In this document: in pieces, positions 1-9,300 of the stretch
How the letters are laid out: each line of letters opens with the position of its first letter
Numbering within the stretch: position 1 is the stretch's first letter
Source of the DNA: Blastocatellia bacterium
GTDB taxonomy: Bacteria > Acidobacteriota > Blastocatellia > RBC074
Assembly: GCA_046155785.1 (NCBI GenBank)
Contig: JBJXFR010000071.1
Location: 125 to 64,124 of the forward strand
Direction of reading: 5' to 3'
DNA length: 64,000 nt
Made by a program: the position numbers and the translations under genes
Notes under the pieces: model-generated
What the model was told of the DNA's origin: nothing
Seen by the model: the letters and a program-made list of their open reading frames with translations, nothing else
The model's database searches: none

Positions 1-473
1 ACAAACTCGACGCAAAAGACTGGCAGATTTTCCGCTCAATGATGTCGTCGGAAAACGGATTGCTCTCGATCAAACTCGGCGGACAAGGCGATATGACCGC
101 GTCGGCGATTCGCTGGAAGTATCAGCGCCCGGTTCCACAGGTGCCTTCGACATTGCTTTACCAAGGCTCGCTGTTTATGGTCAACGACAGCGGCATTTTG
201 ATCTCGTTTGACCCGGCCACTGGCAATGTCATCAAACAGGGCAGGCTGAAAGGAGCGATTGATAAATACTTCGCTTCGCCGGTCGGAGCCGATGGCAAGG
301 TTTATCTGATCAGCCAGGACGGAACCGTTTCCGTCGTCAAAGCAGCGGGCGAATGGGACGTGCTGGCGGTTAATGCTCTTGGCGATGAGGTTTTTGCCAC
401 TCCGGCCATCGCCGATGGCAAGTTGTACATTCGCACAAAAGGCACACTTTATTGTTTTGCCAAACAAAATTGA
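1..473 (+). CDS. PQQ/BamB-like beta-propeller repeat protein, C-terminal part (5' end lies outside the window)
   Basis: Frame 3 is open from the window edge to TGA 471-473. The tail (..DAKDWQIF..WKYQRPVP..SPVGADGKVYLISQDGTVSVVKA..ATPAIADGKLYIRTKGTLYCF) closely parallels the C-terminus of the next gene, so this is a tandem paralog. Confidence 0.75.
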   Translation, partial: KLDAKDWQIFRSMMSSENGLLSIKLGGQGDMTASAIRWKYQRPVPQVPSTLLYQGSLFMVNDSGILISFDPATGNVIKQGRLKGAIDKYFASPVGADGKVYLISQDGTVSVVKAAGEWDVLAVNALGDEVFATPAIADGKLYIRTKGTLYCFAKQN

Positions 474-476
474 TAC

Positions 477-542
477 GGTACCGCGGCGTGAGCGAGCGGT
501 TGGCTGTGTGATGCGGAGCCGCTTGCTCACGCGCGCGGTACC
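477..542. repeat. GC-rich REP-like imperfect palindrome
   Basis: GGTACCGCGGCGTGAGCGAGCGG (477-499) pairs with CCGCTTGCTCACGCGCGCGGTACC (519-542). It contains the core GCGCGCGNNAGCAAGCGG, also seen at 26939-27004 and 46403-46442. Confidence 0.6.
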
Positions 543-564
543 GCATCTGTTGAGGACTCACCCA

Positions 565-2031
565 ATGTCAAAATGCAGTCTGGCAGTTCTTACAGGAATT
601 CTGTGTTTGCTGATGCTCGGCGGTTGGCCAGCTTTGACTAAGACAACTGGGGCCAGTGACGACTGGTCGCAGTTTCGTGGCCCGAACGGTTCGGGCGTTT
701 CAACTGCGGCCAACCTGCCTGCGGAGTTTGGGCCGGACAAGAACATGGTTTGGAAAACCACCTTGCCGCCGGGACATTCATCGCCGGTGCTGTCTGCGGA
801 TCGTATTTTCATTACGGCTTACGAACGCAATCAAACCACCAGCAAGCTGTTTGTCATCAGCCTGGATCGCGCGACCGGCAAAATCGTCTGGCAGCGCGAA
901 GTCCCAAGCCCGCGCAAACAAGACCTGCACAAATCGAACTCACCGGCCTCGCCTTCGCCTGTCACCGATGGGCAAAACGTTTTTGCCTTCTTCACGGACT
1001 TCGGAATGATTTCCTTTGACCGCGACGGTAAAGAGCGTTGGCGCTTGCCGCTCGGCCCCTTCAACAATCCATTTGGGATGGGAGCTTCGCCGGTTTTGGC
1101 CAATGGATTGGCGCTGCTAAATTGCGATTCTGAAAGCGAATCGTTTTTCATCGCCGTTGACCAGAAGACAGGAAAAGTGAAATGGCGGCTTGAACGCCCC
1201 GATTCCACGCGCGGTTTTTCTACGCCCGTGCTGTTTCAACCTGCGAAAGGCGGCTTGCAAGCGCTGGTTGCTGGTTCACTGCGGATGTCGGCTTACGAAG
1301 TCGCTACAGGAAAAGAAATCTGGTTTGTTCGCGGCCTGACCTGGCAGATCAAACCGACGCCGGTTTTTGGAGCCGACAGTTTGTACATTCTCGGATGGGC
1401 TGGCGGCGCCGACCCTGGTCAACAGGAAGACATTCCGGCGTTCGAGGAAACGTTGAAGAAATTCGACGCCAACAAAGACAGCAAACTTTCGCCCGATGAA
1501 CTCGACCCAAAGATCAAAAAGGCCTGGGTTGATTTTGACCTTGACCGCGATGGCTTTTTGAACGACCGCGACTGGAAGGCTTATCAAGCCAGGCGCACTG
1601 TGCAAAACGGCGTGCTGGCTTATCGAATTGATCGTCAGAAAGAAATGCGCGGCGATCTGACCGAATCGCACTTTCTGTGGAAGTATCAGCGCGCGTTGCC
1701 CAACACGCCTTCGCCACTGTTTTATCAGGACGTGGTTTATCTGATGAAAGAAGGCGGCATTCTGACTTCGCTCAACCCAAAGACCGGTGAAGTGCTCAAG
1801 CAAGGCCGTTTGCCGGGCGCGCTTGGCGATTATTACTCTTCGCCGGTCGGCGCTGACGGCAAGCTTTTTACTGTCAGCGAAGAAGGCAAAGTCACCGTAT
1901 TGAAAGCGGGTGGGAATTGGGAACCACTGGCGACCATCGCGCTTGGCGAACCCTGCCACGCGACACCGGCAATCGCTGACGGAAGGATTTACATACGCAC
2001 GCACGGCGCTCTTTACTGTTTTGGCAAGTAA
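565..2031 (+). CDS. Secreted PQQ/BamB-like beta-propeller repeat protein with an internal EF-hand pair
   Basis: ORF 373-2031. I prefer the ATG at 565 because it gives a signal peptide (MSKCSLAVLTGILCLLMLGG) and lies after the hairpin. Repeated propeller blades are present (SSPVL..DRIFIT, SPVTDGQNVFAF, SPVGADGKLFTV). Two Ca-binding loops are DANKDSKLSPDE and DLDRDGFLNDRD. Confidence 0.8.
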   Translation: MSKCSLAVLTGILCLLMLGGWPALTKTTGASDDWSQFRGPNGSGVSTAANLPAEFGPDKNMVWKTTLPPGHSSPVLSADRIFITAYERNQTTSKLFVISLDRATGKIVWQREVPSPRKQDLHKSNSPASPSPVTDGQNVFAFFTDFGMISFDRDGKERWRLPLGPFNNPFGMGASPVLANGLALLNCDSESESFFIAVDQKTGKVKWRLERPDSTRGFSTPVLFQPAKGGLQALVAGSLRMSAYEVATGKEIWFVRGLTWQIKPTPVFGADSLYILGWAGGADPGQQEDIPAFEETLKKFDANKDSKLSPDELDPKIKKAWVDFDLDRDGFLNDRDWKAYQARRTVQNGVLAYRIDRQKEMRGDLTESHFLWKYQRALPNTPSPLFYQDVVYLMKEGGILTSLNPKTGEVLKQGRLPGALGDYYSSPVGADGKLFTVSEEGKVTVLKAGGNWEPLATIALGEPCHATPAIADGRIYIRTHGALYCFGK

Positions 2032-2077
2032 CGACGCTTAAATTACAACCTTTACACTAAAACCAGGTTTAAACCAG

Positions 2078-2575
2078 ATGACACAAACCAAGGAGAAAAC
2101 AACTTCTATGACGTGGGCATTCTTTGCAATTGGCGCGGCTCTTTCGTGGGGCATTTACGGCGCTATGTTACATCAGGGACAAATGGCTTTGGGGTCGCCG
2201 CAGCATCGCGGGTTGCGCGCGCTGTTATGCGTCGGCATCGCATATTTTGTGATTGGCGTCATCGTCCCGGTTATTGCTTTGGCCTCGCAAGGCGAGTTGA
2301 AGCTGCAAGGCTTCACTGCCTACGGCGCGGGGACTGCGACTGCGGCTGGCGCTCTTGGAGCAATCGGCGCGGCATGCATCATCTGGGCGTTCAAATCGGG
2401 CGGCATTCCGACGTATGTCATGCCGCTGGTTTTTGGTGGCGCTCCGGTGATAAACACGATGGTGACGATGGCTCTGCATCCGCCGAAAACATCCATCAAT
2501 CCGCTGCTGTTTGTGGGGCTGTTGTTGGTTGTTCTGGGAGCAAGCATGGTCTTGTACTTCAAGCCGCAATCGTAA
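2078..2575 (+). CDS. Small multi-pass inner-membrane protein, function unknown
   Basis: 165-aa ORF with about 5 hydrophobic segments (FFAIGAALSWGIYGAML, LLCVGIAYFVIGVIVPVIAL, LLFVGLLLVVLGASMVLYF). An alternative ATG at 2108 is preceded by AAGGAG. Confidence 0.6.
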   Translation: MTQTKEKTTSMTWAFFAIGAALSWGIYGAMLHQGQMALGSPQHRGLRALLCVGIAYFVIGVIVPVIALASQGELKLQGFTAYGAGTATAAGALGAIGAACIIWAFKSGGIPTYVMPLVFGGAPVINTMVTMALHPPKTSINPLLFVGLLLVVLGASMVLYFKPQS

Positions 2576-2589
2576 TTTGGAGGTAGAAA

Positions 2590-3132
2590 ATGGCTTTTCA
2601 TACTGTCGCCGATATTCTGGCGTCGAACGAAGAGGCGACTTCGCGTTTTGTTGAAGGAGTTGCTGTCGTCACTGAAGCTCAATCCACTTTTCGTCCAGAT
2701 GCCGACGAATGGACTATTGGCGAAATCGTCGAACACGTCAACATAGTCAACGGCGGCTTCATTCGCATTGTGGGCCGGTTGTTGAAACAGGCCGAAGCCG
2801 ATCCGAAACCGGCTCCGGCGGATTTGAATCTGGGTGGGGTGATTGTTGATAAAGATGGCGTTCCGGCTCCGAAATTTCAGGCTCCTGAAATGGTACGCCC
2901 CAAAGGCGGAGTCGCCATCGCCGAAGCCGTTGCCGGTTTGCGACAAACCATCGCCGGATTCGCCGAGCTGCAAGCTCGACTGGAAGCCGTGGATTTGTCA
3001 GAGCAAAAGTTTCCGCATCCGGCTGCCGGGCCGCTCAGCGCTTATCAGTGGATGATTTTGCTGGCTGAACATTCCGACCGGCATCTCGGCCAGATTGAGC
3101 GAGTCAAAGCCGCGGCTGGTTTTCCGATGTAA
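2590..3132 (+). CDS. DinB-family (DinB_2-like) metal-dependent protein
   Basis: GGAGG SD lies before the ATG. A WTIGEIVEHV segment and a C-terminal LAEHSDRHLGQIERV motif are typical of DinB four-helix-bundle proteins. Confidence 0.75.
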   Translation: MAFHTVADILASNEEATSRFVEGVAVVTEAQSTFRPDADEWTIGEIVEHVNIVNGGFIRIVGRLLKQAEADPKPAPADLNLGGVIVDKDGVPAPKFQAPEMVRPKGGVAIAEAVAGLRQTIAGFAELQARLEAVDLSEQKFPHPAAGPLSAYQWMILLAEHSDRHLGQIERVKAAAGFPM

Positions 3133-3167
3133 AAGTTGTGGGGCAATTTTCTAAATCGCCCCACAAC

Positions 3168-4130
3168 TTAAGTTTTTTTCTTTGGCTTGTCTTCGTCGTC
3201 AATCAGCTTGCACTTGTTTTTAAAGTTGAGCAGTTTGGCTTTGACGGTTCCCGACGGAGTTTTCGCTTCCAGTTTGACCGGGATGTGCAAGTTGTCATCG
3301 GTCAGCCACATTGTCATTTGGCCTGCACGGGAAAACAGTTGGCCGGGGCCAAACAGCTTCGGTTCAATCTTGATGGTTTTGATTTTGCCGCAATCGGTTT
3401 TCAGCGATTCGCGTTTGCCGACGACGATGTCAAATCGGAAATTGTCGCCGTCGTCATTGACCGGAAACTGAATCAATTGGCCTTCTTTGAACTTCTGCAT
3501 CCGCACGAAGTAAAACGCCGACAATAAATCCAGCATGTTATCCGCCCGCACGGCGGATTTTTCTTTTGGCGCGCCCTCTGAGTTGTTTAAATCGTGTTCA
3601 GTGAATTTGACGGATTTGTCTTCAACGTTGAACACGGCGGTTTGCGCGCGATGCTTCTTCCCTTCCTTGATTTCCTTGAAGCTCAGCCGAGCGGAAAAAT
3701 CCTGAGCGTTGACCAGCGTTTCAAACCGGTCTTTCACGTCGTAACCGATGATGGCGGTCAGCAAGCCTTTGGAAATGGCCGAAGCTCGCAAACGAAAGAA
3801 ACGATCTTCGGGCGTAGGTTTGAATTCGACATTCAAGCCTTCAAAGATGGGCGGCGCGGAACCGTTTGTTGCCGTTTCGTTGAAGTTGGCTTCACCCAAA
3901 AACTCGAAGGTCACGATGCCAACGGTGACGTACAGCGGAAAGCGTGAATACCGAACTTCGTATTCCAGCTTTTCGCCCGTGGGAATCGGCAGCGCGATTT
4001 TGAAATCTCGGCGGAGCGGCGTCAGCGGCAGCTTGTCCCAGGAATTTGGTGGCGTTGGCTTGGCGTCCTGGAACGCCAAAGCTCCAAAAGGCAGGAATAA
4101 CAATCCGAAAATCAAAATCAGTCGTTTCAT
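3168..4130 (-). CDS. DUF3108-like secreted protein
   Basis: Signal peptide MKRLILIFGLLFLPFGALA. The C-terminal pattern ..MTMWLTDDNLHIPVKLEAKTPSGTVKAKL resembles DUF3108. Assigned from memory of the family. Confidence 0.55.
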   Translation of the reverse strand: MKRLILIFGLLFLPFGALAFQDAKPTPPNSWDKLPLTPLRRDFKIALPIPTGEKLEYEVRYSRFPLYVTVGIVTFEFLGEANFNETATNGSAPPIFEGLNVEFKPTPEDRFFRLRASAISKGLLTAIIGYDVKDRFETLVNAQDFSARLSFKEIKEGKKHRAQTAVFNVEDKSVKFTEHDLNNSEGAPKEKSAVRADNMLDLLSAFYFVRMQKFKEGQLIQFPVNDDGDNFRFDIVVGKRESLKTDCGKIKTIKIEPKLFGPGQLFSRAGQMTMWLTDDNLHIPVKLEAKTPSGTVKAKLLNFKNKCKLIDDEDKPKKKT

Positions 4131-4140
4131 ACAACTCGTT

Positions 4141-4728
4141 TCAGATTGAGAACAGTTTGGCGGCTTTCAAAATCAAAATGCCGAAAACGATTCCCAAGCC
4201 CATCAAAGCGCGCCATTCGCGGTGATGCAGGTATTGGTTAAAGTCGAACTGGCGCGCCTGACCAGATTGACTCAATTCATACGGCGTCAATCGCGGCAGA
4301 AACAGCGGGACTTCCGCCGCCCAGCGCGCATAAGATTCGCCAAACAGCGTTTGCATGTGAGCGACTTCGGCCTGCATCACCGGCCAGTAAATCGCCAGAA
4401 AAAACACGATCAGCCATACGCCGATCAGCCAACCGCCTCCGGCAATGGCGCAGCCAACGGCCATCACGAAGCTGCCGAAATACAGAGGGTTGCGCGTGTG
4501 AGCGTAAGGGCCGCAAGTCGCCAGTTCCGCGTTCTTTCGCAAATGGCCGGAAGCCCATCCGCGAATGGCGGCTCCGAGCAAGGCCAACGGAACGCCTACG
4601 ATCAACGACGACCAGGTCGGACGCGAAAAGACGACGAACAAAATCGCCGTCACAAATCCCATCGGCACGCGCAATCGTTGCAGCGAAGCTCGCCAGTTAA
4701 AATCCACTGTTTGCTGATTCTCACTCAT
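4141..4728 (-). CDS. Isoprenylcysteine carboxyl / phospholipid methyltransferase-family membrane protein
   Basis: Multi-TM protein with [15 protein letters not shown], the ICMT/PEMT-type RxPxYxG signature. The ATG at 4728 forms an ATGA overlap with the stop of the upstream gene. Confidence 0.7.
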   Translation of the reverse strand: MSENQQTVDFNWRASLQRLRVPMGFVTAILFVVFSRPTWSSLIVGVPLALLGAAIRGWASGHLRKNAELATCGPYAHTRNPLYFGSFVMAVGCAIAGGGWLIGVWLIVFFLAIYWPVMQAEVAHMQTLFGESYARWAAEVPLFLPRLTPYELSQSGQARQFDFNQYLHHREWRALMGLGIVFGILILKAAKLFSI

Positions 4729-5807
4729 AACGATGAAGACAAAATGGGTAACTCTTTGCCGCTTTGCAACCGCCTGACGACGGCGTCCCACACCAGTTCA
4801 ACCGGAAGTTTCATGCACGAAGTGTGACTGCAATACCGGCGATAACAATCGGTTCGGCAATCCAGATCATCGCGTTCGACAATCAGGTCGTCGCTGGCAA
4901 ATGGGCCGTTGCGACGTGACGAAGTCGGCCCAAACAAGGCCACAATCGGAGTTCGCGCCGCCGCCGCCAGATGCATTGGGCCGGTGTCGCCGCCCAAAAA
5001 CAATTTGGCGTGCTTGGCCAGCGCCCAAAACTGTTTCAGCGTGGAAGCCAACGGAAACGCCGCTCCGGTTTTTGATTGAGCGACCACCAATTGCGCCAGC
5101 GTCAATTCGCCGGGACCGTAAGTAATCGCCGAACGAATTCCGTAGGCTTGCCACAATCGGTCGGCAACCGCCGCGAATTCCGACGTGTGCCAGAGCTTGG
5201 TCGGCCAGCCTCCGCCGGGGTTCAAAATGGCCAAAGAGCCATTGTTCTGTTCGATTTGCTCTTTGGCGAATTGATGATCCGCCTCGTCCAGATAGATCGG
5301 AAATTCATACGACGGCGGCACGTCGTAACCGAGCGACGCCACCAACTGCAAATTCTTTTTGATGATGTGGTGGTCGTCGTTGGCTCTGGCGTGTTCGGTC
5401 AACAACCAACGGCTGGCCGGTTCGCGCAAAGCCTGCTTTTCAAATCCGACACGACGCGGAATCCGCGCCAACCAACCGACCGCCGCCGATTTCAACAACC
5501 CCTGAAAATCCAAAGCCAGATTGAATTTCGCTTCGCGCAACTTAGCCAAACTGGCCAGAGCCGCCGCGCGCGTTTCCGCAGCTTTCCAATTTTTTCGCCA
5601 GCCGCGCAAATCCAGTTCGATCAATTCGTCCAGATACGGATTGCCTTGCAACAGTTTTGACGCTCCGCCGCGTTCAACCGCCCAGGCCAAATGAGCTTCT
5701 GGCAAAGCATGACGCAACGCCGCCAAGGCCGGCAGTGTATGCACTACGTCGCCAATTGCGCCCAGCCGGATTATCAGGATTTTGGTTTGAATTCGTTGAT
5801 TACCCAT
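4725..5807 (-). CDS. waaC: Glycosyltransferase family 9, LPS heptosyltransferase I-like
   Basis: N-terminus [24 protein letters not shown], a RGWRKNWK segment, [10 protein letters not shown], and C-terminal [12 protein letters not shown]. The layout is WaaC/RfaC-like. Confidence 0.8.
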   Translation of the reverse strand: MGNQRIQTKILIIRLGAIGDVVHTLPALAALRHALPEAHLAWAVERGGASKLLQGNPYLDELIELDLRGWRKNWKAAETRAAALASLAKLREAKFNLALDFQGLLKSAAVGWLARIPRRVGFEKQALREPASRWLLTEHARANDDHHIIKKNLQLVASLGYDVPPSYEFPIYLDEADHQFAKEQIEQNNGSLAILNPGGGWPTKLWHTSEFAAVADRLWQAYGIRSAITYGPGELTLAQLVVAQSKTGAAFPLASTLKQFWALAKHAKLFLGGDTGPMHLAAAARTPIVALFGPTSSRRNGPFASDDLIVERDDLDCRTDCYRRYCSHTSCMKLPVELVWDAVVRRLQSGKELPILSSSL

Positions 5808-6406
5808 CGAACCGCTTCCAGCAGATTTGTTGCCACGTGATCGGGAGCTTCGGGCGAATTGGCCTCGTAAAGCTCCTCCTGTCCATAACCGGTCAGAACA
5901 AGAACGCTGCGCGAGCCGACAGGTTTAGCCATTCCAACATCACGCAAACGGTCGCCAATAACCGCGCACAACGACAAATCCAAATCGAAGTCTTTGGCCG
6001 CCCGCAACAGCAAGCCCGGCTGGGGTTTGCGACAATCGCAGACCTGGCGATAAGGCGTTTCGCCGATTTCAGGATGATGCGGGCAAAAGTAAATTCCATC
6101 CACTTGCGCGCCATTGTTTTCTAGCTTGGCCAGCATTTGAGCGTGGACTTGATTCAGAAATTCTTCGCTGAATTTTCCGCGAGCCACGCCAGATTGATTG
6201 GTTACGACGATAACCAGCCAACCAGCCTCGTTGACCAATCTGACGGCTTCTCCGGCAAAATCAAACAAGCGGAATTCGTCCAGATTGCGAACGTAGCCGA
6301 CCTCTTCATTCAACGTGCCATCACGATCCAGGAAAATCGCTCGTCGCAAATTTTGTGTTTGGGGTGTGGGGATCATGCGGGCGCATTCTAACCTTGAAAG
6401 AGTCAT
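5774..6406 (-). CDS. gmhB: D-glycero-D-manno-heptose 1,7-bisphosphate phosphatase (HAD-IIIA)
   Basis: [13 protein letters not shown] (DxDGT), [11 protein letters not shown], and the Zn-finger-like [16 protein letters not shown]. The start is uncertain: ATG 6406 or 6376. Confidence 0.85.
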   Translation of the reverse strand: MTLSRLECARMIPTPQTQNLRRAIFLDRDGTLNEEVGYVRNLDEFRLFDFAGEAVRLVNEAGWLVIVVTNQSGVARGKFSEEFLNQVHAQMLAKLENNGAQVDGIYFCPHHPEIGETPYRQVCDCRKPQPGLLLRAAKDFDLDLSLCAVIGDRLRDVGMAKPVGSRSVLVLTGYGQEELYEANSPEAPDHVATNLLEAVRWVINEFKPKS

Positions 6407-6925
6407 TGTGGCGAGGTATGAAAAAGAAAGCGGGCGCCATCGAATCCGGTTCGGCAGTCGTCCCCTGATAGCCTAGCTCCGAATTCTGCGACGCCCTCTG
6501 ATGAAACCTTACAGCTTCATCAAATACTGCACGGACAGACCCGAGCAAACAGCATTCCACGAAGCAAACGATGAATTGTAAGGATTTATGGTTTTAGCGA
6601 GACGCCAAGCGACACTCTGCGGGGCATCAATTGCCTCACAACGGTCTCTTGACGTGACAGCCAGCGGACTTTGAGTAACCGCCAATTCGCCAAAAGCCTT
6701 TGGCTATAGCCTCACAAAGTTACACGACTTGAGTCTTCGCGGCACATTCAGTTACAAACCATTCTTACTATCGCGGAAGAGTCGCTGGAACCAAACCGAG
6801 CGATTGTTCTGCAAACACCACTCAATTCAGCAAACAGCCGGGCAATCTGAAGCTGCGGTCAGTCTGGAAAAAGAGTTGCAACGTTGGCAGCAACGTTGTT
6901 TGGAAAAAAACAGAGGAAACCTTAG

Positions 6926-8344
6926 ATGAGTCTTCATGGAAAAGTCTTGATCGTTGATGACGATCCCGAATTCGGCCTGGTCGCGCAAAGCCTGGTCGAA
7001 GTGGAAGGATTGTCGGCTCAATTGGTCAAAAATGGCGACGACGCCTTGCAGGTTTGCCGGGAGCAGGCTTGCGACGTGGTGTTGCTGGATTTGATGTTGG
7101 GCGATGTGTCCGGTCTGGATGTGTTGCGGCAAATTCGTCAGTTGACGGACAAATTGCCCGTGATCGTCGTCACCGCGCATGGTTCGATGGAATCCGCCGC
7201 CCAAGCCGTAAAAGCCGAAGCCTTCGATTACATCGGCAAACCGTTTCGCGCTGAAGAATTGATGTCCGCGTTGCGCCGCGCTCTGGAATGGCGAAAGCAA
7301 CGCCATCTGGTCAGTAGCCAAGAGCAGGTCAAGCCATCGGCTTCGCCCGCGATTGTCGGCCGCAGCCCGGCTATGGTTGCTGTTTACAGAGCCATTGCCC
7401 GCGTCGCCGCCACAGACTCCACCGTCCTGATTAGCGGTGAAAGCGGAACCGGCAAAGAGTTGGTGGCTCGCGCGCTGCACGACAACAGCCCACGCGCCAA
7501 GCGGCTATTCATTCCGGTCAATTGCGGAGCCTTCACTGAAACCTTGCTGGAATCCGAATTGTTCGGCCACGTGCGAGGTTCGTTCACCGGAGCGATGGCC
7601 AATCATCGAGGCATCTTTGAAACGGCCAACGGCGGGACGATCTTTCTGGATGAAATTTCTGAAACGTCTCCCGCCTTTCAGGTCAAATTGTTGCGCGTGT
7701 TGCAGGAACAGGAAGTTCGTCCGGTTGGCGCGCCGGAATCTCGCAAAGTGGACGCTCGCATCGTGGCCGCCACCAATCACCGCGTGCAGGATTTATTCAC
7801 CTCGGATGATTTTCGCCGAGACCTTTTGTACCGGTTGAGTGTCATTAACATTGACCTGCCACCATTGCGCGAGCGCCGCGAAGACATTCCGCTGTTGGTT
7901 GAACACTTTCTGCAACGGTTGAATTCCAAGCTCGGCAAAAACATTCTGGCTCCAAATGAAACGCTGGACTGGTTGTGCCAATTTGATTGGCTGGGCAATG
8001 TGCGCGAATTGGAAAACGCCGTCGAGCGCGCCGTCACGTTGAATGTCGGCGGCAAGCTGTTGCCCGAAGATTTCACGCAATTCACGCCGATGCCGCTGAC
8101 TCAAACCGCCGCGCAACCCACCATGGCTAAGAATGTTGTTGAAACAGTTCCCAACTCATCATCGTCTTTTTGGGTATGCGAGCTGCCGCAAACGCTGGAA
8201 GATGTCGAACGCCAACACATTCTGGCAATGCTTCGGTTTATGAAAGGCAACAAGCTGCGAACTTCGGAAATGCTGGGCATCGGACGCTATTCGCTCTACC
8301 GCAAAGCCGAACGGCTGGGCATTGATTTGAACAAGGAAAGTTGA
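6926..8344 (+). CDS. Sigma-54-dependent response regulator (NtrC/Fis family enhancer-binding protein)
   Basis: REC domain (KVLIVDDD..LLDLMLGD..KPF). AAA+ domain with GESGTGKELVARALH, ESELFGHVRGSFTGA and VRELENAVERA. C-terminal Fis-type HTH. GAGGAA SD. Confidence 0.9.
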   Translation: MSLHGKVLIVDDDPEFGLVAQSLVEVEGLSAQLVKNGDDALQVCREQACDVVLLDLMLGDVSGLDVLRQIRQLTDKLPVIVVTAHGSMESAAQAVKAEAFDYIGKPFRAEELMSALRRALEWRKQRHLVSSQEQVKPSASPAIVGRSPAMVAVYRAIARVAATDSTVLISGESGTGKELVARALHDNSPRAKRLFIPVNCGAFTETLLESELFGHVRGSFTGAMANHRGIFETANGGTIFLDEISETSPAFQVKLLRVLQEQEVRPVGAPESRKVDARIVAATNHRVQDLFTSDDFRRDLLYRLSVINIDLPPLRERREDIPLLVEHFLQRLNSKLGKNILAPNETLDWLCQFDWLGNVRELENAVERAVTLNVGGKLLPEDFTQFTPMPLTQTAAQPTMAKNVVETVPNSSSSFWVCELPQTLEDVERQHILAMLRFMKGNKLRTSEMLGIGRYSLYRKAERLGIDLNKES

Positions 8345-8345
8345 T

Positions 8346-8516
8346 TGAAAGTAACTGCTCAGGCCATCGAATAGGCCAGCAGTGAAGGTCTGGGAAAAAT
8401 TACGGAACAAACGGAAATAACTGAACAAACAGAAAAGAAGGACAAGAAATTTCCGTTTATTTCGTTATTTCCGTTTGTTCCGTAATCTCTTTTTTGTTTC
8501 TCCTGAGAAGTAACTA
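8346..8516. repeat. About 170-bp nested-palindromic intergenic element, copy 1 of 2
   Basis: The core arms ATTACGGAACAAACGGAAATAAC (8399-8421) and GTTATTTCCGTTTGTTCCGTAAT (8464-8486) pair perfectly over 23 bp. Outer arms are GAAAGTAACTGCTCAGG and CCTGAGAAGTAAC. Nearly the same sequence recurs at 36345-36509. Confidence 0.7.
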
Positions 8517-8525
8517 TTGGAATTG

Positions 8526-9251
8526 ATGATGCGATTATTGACCGTTTTTCTTTTCAGTTTGGTTTTGATGAATTCCTGGCCTGGAACCGGCAGCAAATCT
8601 GCTTTGACGATTGCCACAACCGTCAAAGGCCGAATCGAACTGGTGAATTCCAAATTGAGATCGCGCGACGCCAACAGCGTCGTCGTGTGGTTAAAACCCA
8701 ACGGAGCCGCGCTCCGTTCCGCGTCCAAACAGCGCAAAATCATTGACCAACGCGACAAACGGTTCACGCCGCATGTCGTGGCCGTTGAAGCCGGTTCGGA
8801 CGTGGATTTCCCGAATCATGACCCGTATTTCCATAATGTGTTTTCGGTCTTCAACGGACGGCAGTTCGATTTGGGGCTGTATGCCAGCGGAGCTTCTCGC
8901 CCAGTGAACTTCAATCGTCCTGGCGTTTCATACATCTTTTGCAATATTCACCCCAAGATGAGCGCTGTGGTTGTGGCGGTTGACACGCCGTATTTCGCCG
9001 TCAGCGACAAAGCCGGCAACATCACGATCAACAATGTTCCGGCAGGAAGTTACAAGCTACAGGTCTGGCACGAACGCGCCAAAAAAGAAACGCTGGACGC
9101 TTTGGAACGCACGGTTCAAATCGGAGCCGGTGATTTTGACTTGGGCGCGATCAAAGTCAGCGAAGAAGGTTATGTGCCACGACCGCATCCGAACAAATAC
9201 GGCCAGGAATATGACCATCAAGGCTACAAACCGGGCTACCGAAAACCTTAA
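8526..9251 (+). CDS. Secreted amicyanin-like cupredoxin fused to a CarboxypepD_reg-like domain
   Basis: Signal peptide present. Candidate type-1 Cu ligand set is FHNV ... C-N-I-H-P-K-M (C-x2-H-x2-M, as in amicyanin). This is followed by GNITINNVPAGSYKLQVWHE. The ORF track starts at TTG 8517; ATG 8526 or 8529 is more likely. Confidence 0.65.
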   Translation: MMRLLTVFLFSLVLMNSWPGTGSKSALTIATTVKGRIELVNSKLRSRDANSVVVWLKPNGAALRSASKQRKIIDQRDKRFTPHVVAVEAGSDVDFPNHDPYFHNVFSVFNGRQFDLGLYASGASRPVNFNRPGVSYIFCNIHPKMSAVVVAVDTPYFAVSDKAGNITINNVPAGSYKLQVWHERAKKETLDALERTVQIGAGDFDLGAIKVSEEGYVPRPHPNKYGQEYDHQGYKPGYRKP

Positions 9252-9300
9252 GAACTGCGGATTGGCCAGCGCGCCGAGCAAAAGAGAGAGTGATGAAAAG

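Noticed and set aside
6885-6899. Possible sigma-54 -24/-12 promoter TGGCAG-N5-TTGT upstream of the activator gene
   Set aside because: The GG-N10 spacing is right but the -12 element is GT, not GC. It lies only about 27 nt from the start codon and is part of a direct repeat. Not convincing without experimental data.
8971-9300. N-terminal extension of the kinase ORF (start at 8971)
   Set aside because: It overlaps the cupredoxin gene in another frame. The sensor kinase begins naturally at ATG 9301, just before its first TM helix.
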